A stretch of DNA of 64,000 nt from positions 6,262,001 through 6,326,000 of the forward strand of contig NC_135250.1 in NCBI RefSeq assembly GCF_964204865.1, read 5' to 3'. Source of the stretch: Styela clava (Eukaryota). The stretch's first letter is position 1. The number at the start of each line of letters is the position of its first letter. Shown here one piece after another: positions 28,201 to 39,330 of the stretch. The position numbers and the translations under genes are program-made. The notes under the pieces were generated by a model. The model was given only the letters and a program-made list of their open reading frames with translations, had not been told where the DNA came from and searched no databases.

Positions 28201-29164
28201 AAATCTACTTGCATACAAATATTTTCGCAACTCTTTTATCAGTAATATTTTGAAGGTTAAGCTTTTCTTTATAAATTGTTACAGGATTATCTTGCTACAT
28301 ACCGGTAAACTACTAACAGAAAGTAATAATTCAACAAATAATTTATGATTATGGAAGCTGCACCTGTTTTTGGAGCTCCTGCAAATGCAAAACCACCTCC
28401 TGTGGGCTGATTTGTAGTTCCTGCATTTTGTCCGAAAGAAAATCCTGGAAATTCATTTATATTTTATTATTTATGTATGACACAAACAAGCCATCTTAAG
28501 TAAAATAGCATCCATAAGCATTATGATTGTCACATGGAAATCAAATATCCACTATTACAAATATCTTCTAAAATAATAATTTTGAACATGGAATATCGTA
28601 TATATTCTGAATTCGGCAGAAATTAAATTTGCAAGATAGTTCAGATAAAGATGATTGATTCACATTTCCTACATTGTTAGAAGTAAAAATTATCTTGTCG
28701 TCAGCTGTCCAATGCTTATATGTAAATTTTTTAAATACAATATTCTAAATTCTGTTGAAAAAATTTTTATATGTCGAAATCCGTTTTTATCGTGTACATC
28801 CATATCTTCGATTTGTGATAGAAAAAAGGGACATATTTATCTCCGGAAAAAGAAAGCTGATAAGACGATTTAATCATATGACGAACCACAGCCTCTGGTC
28901 CAATTACCAGTCTATCTCAGGTATGAGACTTGTTTTCATAGGCATGGCCTTGATGGTAGAATTCCAACCTGCGACACACACAGGTAATCAGAGGTTCGAT
29001 GGCAAGAGTATTCCTAACGTTGTTACAATAATTCGTTCATTTTTCGAAATATTTTTTTACCTGTACTGGCTCCTCCAGAGCCAAAGAGACCACCACTGGC
29101 TGCTGTTGTAGCTGGAGTACTCGTTTGTCCAAATAATCCCTTATTCTGACTAGCTCCACCAAAG
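19233..29164 (-). CDS. NUP62: Nuclear pore glycoprotein p62 (FG repeats + Nsp1_C coiled coil), ~607 aa, first (ATG) exon unresolved
   Basis: Exons (minus): 29061-29164, 28364-28444, 27520-27741, 26900-26992, 25928-25990, 25166-25291, 24044-24112, 23093-23203, 22303-22410, 21559-21765, 20996-21162, 20463-20659, 19956-20067, 19233-19391. N-terminal GFSFG/GLFG repeats with a Thr/Ala linker. C-terminal MKYSDLEKKVNTWITELEQQEKLFLTQATHVNAWNRLLIEN, ADLERERTYNLAENIDSQLKNM and KILSAHMDSLQWLD closely match the known Nup62 coiled-coil region. Confidence 0.95.
21880..22073 (+). mobile_element. MITE family A copy
   Basis: Full-length homologue of 57864-58075. Confidence 0.8.
23495..23857. mobile_element. 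hAT-like MITE (CAGGGGTG...CACCGCTG), family shared with ~54690-54955
   Basis: CAGGGG-type termini and GGCCCGCG subterminal motifs. Internal similarity (TTTCTAGTA...CAAAAATTTTGG...GATTAAACTAA) to the copy in the hnRNPU-like intron. Confidence 0.6.
25688..25879 (-). mobile_element. MITE family A copy
   Basis: Reverse-orientation homologue of 57864-58075. Confidence 0.75.
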
Positions 29165-29299
29165 CTGTCAAAGCAAATGCTTATAATTAATCATCTCCTA
29201 TCCCCTCAAATAAAAGTAGTAATAAATTACTGGGTTTGTTGGTTGCATCATATGAAATTGATTTTGTTAGTTTTATAACTTCTTCTACTGCAGTACGGC

Positions 29300-29470
29300 A
29301 CACTATCCCGAATCCGGATTTGCGTCTACATTCCGGAAGAGCCAAAATATGAATAGGCGTCTGTGAAACCGGGGGCGTCGAGTCGTCTGCGAGCTCGATG
29401 CGTGAGAACGTCAGATGTCTGGATATGACGTCAAAGAAAGTCACGCACAGATCGACAGTTCGGCACGGCT
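29300..29470. promoter_or_regulatory. CpG-rich putative Nup62 promoter with ETS-like CCGGAAG and CRE TGACGTCA
   Basis: GC/CpG-rich island directly upstream of the first mapped Nup62 exon. CCGGAAG near 29333, TGACGTCA near 29426. Confidence 0.45.
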
Positions 29471-29994
29471 CTCGAATTTTGCTAATTTGATTTTCGTTTT
29501 TTACCGATGTATACTGACCTATATGGTTAGATATACGATGTATTTCTGAATCATTATATTCAGTCTACTGTTGGTAGTGCCTAATTAAAATAATGTCGCG
29601 TAAATGCAAACGTCTGTGAATAAAATAATTACTTTTAAATAATATCAAGAGATTATAAAATTATGCGTTTCGATTAATACGTCTACGAGTCCAACTAATT
29701 TTATTATAAGTGTTTGTGACTACATGACATCGTTTGAATTGTCGTATAACGAAGTCAAAACGATGCACGATATCGAAGTTTTTTTTTTCAATAGTTAAAT
29801 TAATATCGATAGTGAAACTTTGTATGCCCGTTAATACATGTAATTACAACAATTTAACATAGCATCTTCGGTTATTTAGAACTGAAACTTCCAGAACGCA
29901 CAACGATTACGAATTACGATATACCGTATATCATTTAATAATTATATTCGAGATTTTTATTTAAATTTGAGCGTCAACAATCCATAGTAAAATA

Positions 29995-30800
29995 AAAGCC
30001 TCGATGATTAATTGGATTAAACTATTTTGCCAATTTGATTCTTGTTTTTCACAGACTACGCAAGTTGATCATTTGCGGCATACGAATGCATCAATGCGGC
30101 ATTATATTAATTTGATTCTTGTTTTTCACCTATCTATTCTTGCATAAATCACGCAAATTAACATTTGCAGTATATGATTGCCTCGACGTGGCATTGAATT
30201 AAAATATTCTCGTATTCCGTATACTTCGAAGTTAAACATTCGCGACATATGAATGTATCGATGCCGCATTATATTAGTTTGAATCTTGTTTTTCATCGAT
30301 TTATACTAGTATAAATTACGCAAATTGAACATTTGCGGCATATGAATACATCGATGCGGCATGATATTACATTATTTTGCTAATTTGATTCTTGTTTCTT
30401 GCCGATCTATTATTGTGTAAATTACGCAAGTTGATCATTTGCGGCATATGAATTAAATTATTTTCGTATAAATTAACATTTGTGGCATATGAATGCCTCG
30501 ATGTGGCATTGAATTAAATTATTCTCGTATACCGTAGCTTTCGAAGTTAAACATTTGCGGCATATGAATGTATCGATGGGACATTATATTATTTTGAATC
30601 TTGTTTTTTACCGATCTATACTAGTATAAATTATGCAAACTGAACATTTGCGGCATATGAATACATCGATGTGGCATATTAAGTTATTTTGCTAATTTGA
30701 TCCTCGTTTTTCGCCGATCTATTCTTGTATAAATTACACAAGTTGCACATTTTGCGGCATATGAATGTCTGGTTGCGGCATTAGATTAAATTATTGCTTT
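29995..30800. repeat. Higher-order minisatellite with conserved core CATTTGCGGCATATGAATGYATCGATGYGGCAT
   Basis: Nine cores at ~30070, 30162, 30237, 30330, 30436, 30477, 30552, 30645 and 30748. Spacings of about 75/93/105 bp recur, giving a ~315-bp super-unit. Confidence 0.85.
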
Positions 30801-32984
30801 ATGAACTAATTCATCTAATGCTATATCGAGGCATTAATTTTACTGTTTATCGATTGTGTGTTATCAAAATGTAATTTTTATTATCTCTGATCCATTTATT
30901 ATCGTTAACACGCCATCCTATCTACATTGAAAATGAGAGAAACACGGCACGCCAAAGTTTACGTCGAGGAACGGTCGATGCGTGCCTGCGTGCGTCGATT
31001 GAAATTCAGTGACGTCACACGCCGTCAATCGTTTTTTGCTCATTTCTCTCGAACGCACCGGTAAAATTTTTTTTACATCGGTAGATCTGATTATTTTTTC
31101 ACGAGGAATTCAATGGTGATGGTTTTAGATTGCGCTTTTTGTTAGTTTACTGCGCAGCTTCAATTTATCGATATCGGGAGACAAAATCCGCCAGACGTCC
31201 ATCGAAGGAGGGGTATTCGATCACCGTTAAAATAGGTTTCTCTAAAACGAGAGATTGTCTCTCGATCTGTAAAGTGTGCCGTACTGTACTGTTTGTACAT
31301 TTAACATGTGCATTGGTATAAATACAGAAACAGATGTTAACATCTTAAACAATTGCTTAGGCCTGTCTGTAGGCAATATTTTTTCTTTGTTTGTCTTTGT
31401 TTTTTATCTCTTCAAATTTTGTTTCAATAACTTTAAACACTTCTAATACAGTAATCTGGTAATAGTCATATTTTATTTACTGTGGACTTATCCCAGTATC
31501 ACATGTTAAATATAAGACAAGAGACAATGCTTTGTTCAGGTTGTGTAATATATCTTTTTTTTTTCAATTTTGGATAATATTAAGTCAAGATTAAATTTGT
31601 GGCAGTATCTGAGAATAGGTAATAAACTCTTTTAACCAATTGTAGCATATCTCGACTGCCGAAGTTGAATGTCTAAATCAGAAATAAACTTGAACCTTTA
31701 CCTGACAGATGCATGAAAATCTGAGATAAAAATAAGTGCTATGGCAGTATGGCAATACACTAATTAATACACTGAACCGTTTCATACTTTTACAGTGAGC
31801 ACAATAAAATACAAAAAGATGTTTATACAAACTTGAAAGCCATTTCTTCGGTTCCTGAATATTCAGAATTGTATATTTCAGAAGTAATTCCCTTGTTTGC
31901 GAGGAAGTACTTGTTTGCCAAGTGCTATTGTAGTTTTCTAACCTTTGACCCCACAATTATGCTCTCTTGATATTTTAAAACTGATTTTTTTGTGATGTCA
32001 CAAAAAGGTACCGGTATCTATCGGTGTCGGAGGAAGTATGCAAAAACAAAAATCGACAAATTTCATATGCATTAAGCGTATGCATACCCATATTTTTAAA
32101 TAAACAACATATGACTGAGACGATAGTGATGTTTTTGTAGGATTTAGTGACTAGGATCATGGATAAGCATAATTTTTAAATTTCACAAAACTGGGCGCCG
32201 CGATGTCTGGCGTTCAAATGTCGCAGCGAGTAACGCACGAGCTACGCAAAGTGACGTCGGCTACGAAGAGAGAGAACGGGATTTGCGTCGTTGACGTCAC
32301 GCTGTACGTAATCATCAAAACGTCGTTATTTTGATGTAATTTTTAAATCAAAATAATCGATTTTACTCGAATCTCGTACGACACCTTGTGATCACTGTAT
32401 TTTTTTGTATACATTGTGTACGCTCTCTAGCGCTTGGTGGTGATTTGACGAAGGTAGCGTCTGTAGAAGTCACGATTTGAGCCGCTCGAAAAAACGGTGT
32501 CATTTTTTTGGTAAAATATGATTTTTTAAATGATAAAAAATCAAATCGAGCGATTGGAGGCTACGGCAGATTCAGATATGTAAGGCCTTACTATAGAAAC
32601 CGACAGAAGCGCAATACGACGAAATTTAGTTGAGATATGAATGATTGAAAATTTCATCCGAAGTTACAAGGCATCCGAAGTTAGCCGGTTTTACGGTACC
32701 GGTACTAAATTAATATGAGAATTTATGTTCGAAGGTCGTGTCGAAATGTAGCATACTTGTTTATACTGCACTTACCCACGCCTTTCGCCCGGAGAACAAC
32801 ATTTTTAATGATATGCAAAGAAGATTAGGTATAGTGGCGTGCCAGGAATTTTTTAAAGGGAGATTCTGAAATTGCCAATTAAGATAAGATAAGATTTTAT
32901 TTCGATTCATTCGCAAAAACAAAATAAACATACATACACAAAAGATCAAGGCGATGAATCTGGTAAGTGAACAAAGCCTAATAA

Positions 32985-33395
32985 AACAAGAGAGCTACGC
33001 ACAAATATATGGACACGTTAGACCAGAGCGAATCAGTCTTACCGGTACCTTTGACGCTACCGGTACCCTCAAAAAAGTTCTGAATTTCCAGTAGCAAGAA
33101 TTTTGCAGAATCAAAACGTACAGCCAGTCATGACACTGACTAAAATCCGTGTTCCCATGGATAAAAAATAATACAGCAAAATTTTAGACGAAATATCAAA
33201 TTTCATAGAATTCACGCAAAATTTTGAAATAAATAAAAATAATAGTCTTCTAGCGAAAAAATTAATCTTTAACCACTGAAAATTTCAAAGCAATTGGTCC
33301 AGTATTCGAAGAGAAAAGCGATTTTTTAAAAACGTGTCAAAGAACAACAACAACATAATATTGAAACGATCGTTATGGCCATTAAACGTGTCCAA
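32985..33395 (+). mobile_element. Helentron/DINE-like element, family D (related diverged copy at ~14150-14480)
   Basis: Starts AACAAGAG, with subterminal inverted TGGACACGT / ACGTGTCCA and an (AAC)n tract. Shares the core CTTCTAGCGA...AACCACT.AAAATTT.AAAGCAATTGGTCCA with 14371-14425. Confidence 0.6.
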
Positions 33396-34419
33396 TGAGT
33401 TTAAAACGTATTGAACGCGTTCACTTACCAAAGAAAACAAATCACAAACAAATAAACATGAAAATTGACGGCGATCATCACTCAGGCGTTTCACTTTGTG
33501 ATCAGGTTACCAAGTTATACCGTAACAGCTATCGGGTCCGGCCGGCAGGATTTGTGCATTACATTTTAAAAGGGGGAGGGGGTCCGACCCCCCAATTTAG
33601 TCTCTATTGTGACCGTAGTAGTCTTTTTGCAAAAACACAATGCGCCCGTCTATAGACGACCCCTGGTCTAGGGCTAGGCCATAAATTATCATAGTGCTCT
33701 ATACGAAAACCTAGGGTCTCTGCTCCGCAAGCTATTAGTTCAATTATTAAAATACTGACTTGTCTAATTGTGTAACTGTCCAAATAGGCAAGCACGGAAT
33801 TAAGAAAATTTCACAACGGCGACGTCGAAATCCGGATAGGACATTATCTATAAGTTTTTTTAAATTTACTCATGAACATTAATCGGTGTATAAAAATATT
33901 TTTTCTTGTTTTTCTTCTTATTTTCATAAATTTATTGTGGAATCAATAACACCGGAAGTTTGACAACCGTTGGTCTAGGCTAGCAGTACGTAGTTGAATA
34001 ATTTTTGATAAAAATGATGGTTTTAAAGATGTAAACCAGTTTGTAAGCGCCATCTCTCCAAAACACTATCAAAAAGCATAAAATGTTTTGCAATTGTGAC
34101 GCTGCTCGACAACCTTCTCTGGTTTATCGCGTCTCCCTTCACACTGAAATGTAATTTTTCATTTTTTTCAATTTTGTTCGTCAATGTTTACATTCGGTTT
34201 GTGATAAAATAAACTACTGACTGACTGACTGACAATAGTATGGAATTGAGAGGATTTATCTGGGCCCAAGGGTCGAGGCAACGTCCATATGAGCTATTTC
34301 GAAATCAGAAATTTAAATTTCAAAATGGATTGAAACCTGCAAAATTTGATTTGTAGATGACGTGAATTCGAAATGCCCCAAAGTGTCGAAACTATAACTA
34401 CTGAATATATCTTGAACTA

Positions 34420-34585
34420 GATGGGATTTACATATTTATCCCGAGGAAGAGGAAAGGTGATAATACGGATCAAGCATATGGCAAACCACCGCCCCTCGTT
34501 CTGTTACCAGTCCATGTCGGGTATGGAATTAGAAAATCAGTTATTTGTTTTCGGAAGCATGGACTTGACGGTGGAGGAGGCCTCA
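34420..34585 (-). mobile_element. SINE-like family C copy
   Basis: Reverse-complement match to 61750-61870 (TACCCGACATGGACTGGTAAC...GATAAATATGTAAA). Confidence 0.6.
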
Positions 34586-34986
34586 ATTGTCTGGGTATGA
34601 AATGCATCAAAATATCTTGGTATTGAATGAATGAATAAATCGTCACAGTGGGTAAGATGTGTATATTATTGACGATACGATATTATTGACGGAATAAATA
34701 TCTAAATCATACTTCATAAGAATGACAGAATGGTTTGGTAATTTTGATTTGTATGTATATAAGACCTTTACGTCTAAGTTACAAAACTATCATGAAATGC
34801 CCTCGGGTGTAATTACTGGAAATGGCTAAGTTAATATAATCACTATAATACGTTAAATTAAGGCTCGGTATTCATAACAAAAATGTTAACAAGATATTTC
34901 ATCAATTAAGTGTTTAATTGATCGGATTTGACACCGCCCGTGTCTTCGAATAGTTGGCACCACTCGGTACAACGATGAAGGTCAAG

Positions 34987-37366
34987 ATGAAAGCTGCCGC
35001 ACTTGCCATAATTTTATTGACTTCCATATATATGCTTAATAAAATATAGCGTTTTCTTTCAGTGTCTATCTTCTTATGTAAGTAAAAACACTCAAGTAAC
35101 TAAAAATATTTGAGTTCGATGAAGATTATTATTAGTTTCGTCCAGACTAGCGGATATTCACTTCAGAATCAATAGGATTTATGAGAAACTCAAATGATCG
35201 CAGCTTATCGGGGACATGTGGCAAGTTAGTCTATTTTGACACACGACTATTCATCACCTCGCGACAATATTGATGAATTCAGCTTAACACGTGGTAGAAC
35301 ACTATCTATGTGAGGCTTTATTTCAAAACTTCACTATCTTCAGCGGTTGGTATTGCGGTGAGAAAGTTCGAACAACCTCCTCTTGCTTCCACGTTTCGCT
35401 TCTGAGTTAATGCATCTAGTGCAGTGGTTTCCAACCTTTCTACCCTGGCGGACCGGTTAGATTAAATAAAATGTATTCGCGGAACGACAAAAAGGGAAAT
35501 AGGTGGAACATAAAATAATAACATATACTTGCATAACAACATGAAGTGCTGGGCACGATTTCGCGTAAAAAATACACCAAGAAAAACCTCACATAAAAAA
35601 CATGTACATGCCAAATCATGTACAAACACAATTACCTATAGCGAGAATTTGCTGCTGTTTCGTTGCCAATACAAGATTGCAAACGAGGCATAAAAAATGG
35701 TTTTGCAACTCCTAGCTTTGCAGTGGCTCACAGTCTATATTTTTTCTTCGTTTTAGTTAAAGCTAACGATGATAAAGTTTTTTCGTACAAGTAACTGGTT
35801 GAATATTTGGACAACAGTTTGATTGTTCGATTACCTAGCGTTAAGCATTCGTTATCGAGAGGGCTCAAATATTGTGACAGTGATTCTTTTATAAATCTGG
35901 ACTGTAAACTAGTGGTTTCATCATATCATCCCTCTGCATTCGATCGATGCCCCAGACAAATGAATTTATATTACAATGATAAAGTAGTTTCTAACTTGGC
36001 ACCAGGGGCGCAAAATCCTGCTGTGCATCACCTAGAAAAGATCTTAATGTTTTTGTTGCGCGTCTCATGACCACCTACTGGGCGCAACAAGCTCATATCT
36101 TGCTGGTTCCCAAGGCATACTCTGTAATATTATACAATTCTTGACTGTTTTCTAGTTTAAACAAAGAAATATTCATAACCACTGATCTAGTGCGTCAATA
36201 TGCTTTTCCTGATTTGAATGGCGTCTTAGATAGTCAACTTCCCATCCAAGATTTGCCTTTTCCAAATCACTATTAGGTGCCACTTCCCGACAAATTTTGC
36301 AGATTATCAGATTCCTTAACGCGGAACAGCGATAAATTTGCGTCACAGGCATACAGAAATCAATGTACGTGAGCGTGACTTACACGTGTGTGACTTCACA
36401 ATGACCAGTGATCACCAAAATACGCGTGAAACATACATAGAACAGCATTCTAGTTAAGCGTTAATAAATATGACATATAAAATATGAGCCACGCTTTGAT
36501 AACGAAATGTTGCAACTGCGCGAGAATAAGATTTTACTGCGCAAATGTTCTGGTGGCACTGCGCAATTGCTCAGTTGCCCAGCTTAGATGGAACCTTGAC
36601 CGTAACTATGCTAAAAGTCTTCAGAAGACAAAAATATTATTCATTACTAAATTTCGGGAATACAACTAATACTGACAAATAAGTAGCAAAAACACGAAGA
36701 CGGAAACAATGATGAATTATTTACATTGTCTGTTTATTTCGAACTGTAGAACAATATATTGAAATTTAACTGTTCCACATTTGCACAGAATTAACAAGTT
36801 TTGTCGATCATCATTCTATTTTCAGGACGATCACCTTGCAAACAGCGAGATAGCAAATTAGTTTACAATAATGTATGCTATTTTTAACGTTTGTACGGGA
36901 GTTCACGGAACGACTGGTAAATTATAGGCAAGTGGAACTAATATGTCAGGAAGATTACAGCCATCCAGACAATGTTTACGGTTCTGATTACCACGATGCA
37001 ATCCAGTCGTACCTCGTATTCAAACGATCTTATCTTTATATTGGGATGAAGTATGATAATAATATAGTGGTGAGGTGAGTTGTGTCTTCCGGGCGTTATT
37101 ATTTTGAAATAATTTAGGCTACTTTGAACGAGACTGAAAAACTTGATTAGGACACATTTCTAGATAGTATGCTCCCCAGCCTTTAAATTCATGACGATGT
37201 TCCAAATTTATGTGATGATGAATTCGCGATAAAACCATTTGTAACTTATAAAAATGTGGTTTATATTTTGCTGACCATCTACATCGGCATATACGCCACT
37301 TTGTGGATATTCAAATGCAGAGGTGTAGAGAAATCACTGTTCTTCGTGGGTTTCGAAGTTATTTAA
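34987..37366 (+). pseudogene. Decayed multi-exon gene for a putative signal-peptide / C-terminal TM (type I membrane) protein
   Basis: ATG at 34987 gives MKAAALAIILLTSIY. The coding-like frame at ~35240-36364 is restored across the hAT insertion (LMHLV|RQYAFPDLNG) but contains in-frame stops. Exon-like ORF ~36895-37075 ends at GTGAG. The last segment 37118-37366 has two stops and a hydrophobic VVYILLTIYIGIYATLWIF followed by KCR. Confidence 0.45.
35422..36184. mobile_element. Non-autonomous hAT-type element (763 bp)
   Basis: Termini CAGTGGTT...AACCACTG. Perfect 8-bp TSD ATCTAGTG at 35414-35421 and 36185-36192. Confidence 0.88.
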
Positions 37367-37734
37367 ATGACATATAGGCTACTTTCTGCAAATTCCTTAC
37401 ACTATGAGTGTGCCGGTGGATTATTTTCATAACTTAAACTGAAAGCCAAGACCTTATGCTTCTGGGGCTCAGCTCAGCCACAAGACGGAGCTCTGAATCA
37501 TTACTCAGCCTTGAGCGTTGACATGGCAGGCGACGATGTAGCTGCGGGTTTATACCATTAAGATCCATAAGCGTTTTTTAACGGAGTGTTGTGCGAAGGG
37601 AAAGGTAGTCAAGAAACGTTTTATTAATCCATAAGTTGCGAAAAAATTAATATCGGTAATTCAAAAGGCCACCAAACAACTTGCCACACTAAATAGCATT
37701 GTGACGTATCAATATAGCATAATAACAGATAAAG

Positions 37735-38021
37735 TAAACGAGATAGCAATCGGAGATCGCCGATTTATCGATCTAGTGACGTGTTTCATTTGCTCTGACT
37801 CAATAGCGACACCGTGTGTCCCATCACTAATAAATTATTAACTTACTAATTATACGACATAATTCATTCAAAATCAATAAGCTTCTGGTCCGAGATATGA
37901 TAAATGCACATGCAAAATTTGGAGCAGATCAACCTCGTTCCGTGATATATCGCGAGTGTCTAACAGACAGACAAATAGGCTACCTATCAACATATATTTA
38001 CCGATCGAGATCGATAAGTAA
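37735..38021 (+). mobile_element. Helentron/DINE-1-like element, family B
   Basis: Homologous to 12747-13056 and 58311-58682; ends in ...CCGATCGAGATCGATAAGT. Confidence 0.7.
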
Positions 38022-38879
38022 GAAGCCCAGCAAAGAAGGTTAAAACAAGATATAATAGTGAAAAGGCTCCTTTTCCCAATCTAAATTGATACACGTTGTC
38101 TAACATTATCAGGCCGATTACAATAATGAGTTTTGCCACAATAATGTAAGCCAGCGTTATATGATTGCGTGGTCTGTCTTCTTTGTGCCTAATTTCTGTG
38201 TAGAGTATACCGATATAACAAATTGTTGTTATCATCAAGTACAGACAGAATGAACATCCATTCATGCATACTCAGCTGTGTCTATCATTTCCGTATCTTA
38301 TTATTAGCTTCCACCTAACCTCTTCGTGGCCATATTTGGGTACCTTCAGCTTTTCACACTGATGCATCACAATACAACAAAGTTTTACTGCCTGCATCTG
38401 CCTGAAACAAGCTTTTCTGTACTGTCACTTATGCTAAATTTGACATCATAATACCATTTGAAAGTTAGAAGCGCTTTATTTTACTGGCTAGTCAGTCAAA
38501 TCAATTTTATCGCCCCGCACCATTCAGTTCTTGTCGTGGCAATGCGTGCACTGACTGAGTATGAAGTATCAAATTATATATTCCAACGTCATTTCACTTT
38601 TTTAATTGTATTTTGACTTGTTAACTTAGCGTTGAAATTGATACCGCCACTGCAAATTATTTTAGTAAATGTTATCGTATTTTAAATATGAAACAACTTG
38701 TCGGGGTGCATAAACACGAGCCAGAAGTGTCTTTTGTTATTTCTGGGTTCTTCATATTTGTTAGTGGAGATTTTGCATAAAATATTTATAAAATAATGTA
38801 GATTGTGATATTATGGAAACATTTTTACAGGTTAAATAAATTTATTAATAATAAATGATTTTCTTGAAAAATAATTTTG

Positions 38880-39060
38880 CGTAACGGCAGTCACGTGATC
38901 TCCGTATATTTATATAGGTGGCGATAGAGGGTTAGAAAGCCACAGCGTGGCTTCCCGGTATTGCTTGCGGCAGCTTCCGTTTGTTTTGGTTCGGCCTTTG
39001 GTGGCGTAAATTCAAAAATCGCAGCCAAGTGCACACACTGATTAGAATAGGATTCGGAAG
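38880..39060 (+). promoter_or_regulatory. CpG-rich putative promoter/5' region of the hnRNPU-like gene
   Basis: GC-rich island with palindromic E-box GTCACGTGA (38890-38898) and CTTCC motifs. It lies about 1 kb from the ATG if the Foldback element is removed. Confidence 0.35.
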
Positions 39061-39330
39061 TTTAACAAGAGGAGTAAATGGAGTATAGTAAATTGTCGAA
39101 CTTTCAGATACAGAGCTGTGGAATATAGGCAGACAAAAGCGCCAGTGATCCTGTAATCAGTGTTATGTTCCAGTGTTTACTGCAGTACCTTAATCTACGA
39201 CTTACCGGACCAATAATTTAGTTCAGTAATTGGACGCTTCTGATATGAAACAAGACAAGAACAGGCATACAAATTTTGAAGTAACCAGAAGGCCCCAAGG
39301 GAGTGACTCAATCAATAGACTGATAGAGGA

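Noticed and set aside
29995-30800. CRISPR array
   Set aside because: The linkers are homologous to each other and recur periodically, the repeats are degenerate, there are no cas genes, and the DNA is eukaryotic.
32030-32700. Complete DNA transposon ending …GCATCCGAAGTTAGCCGGTTTTACGGTA
   Set aside because: It looks like one TE end, but I found no matching opposite terminus or TSD in the window, so boundaries cannot be supported.
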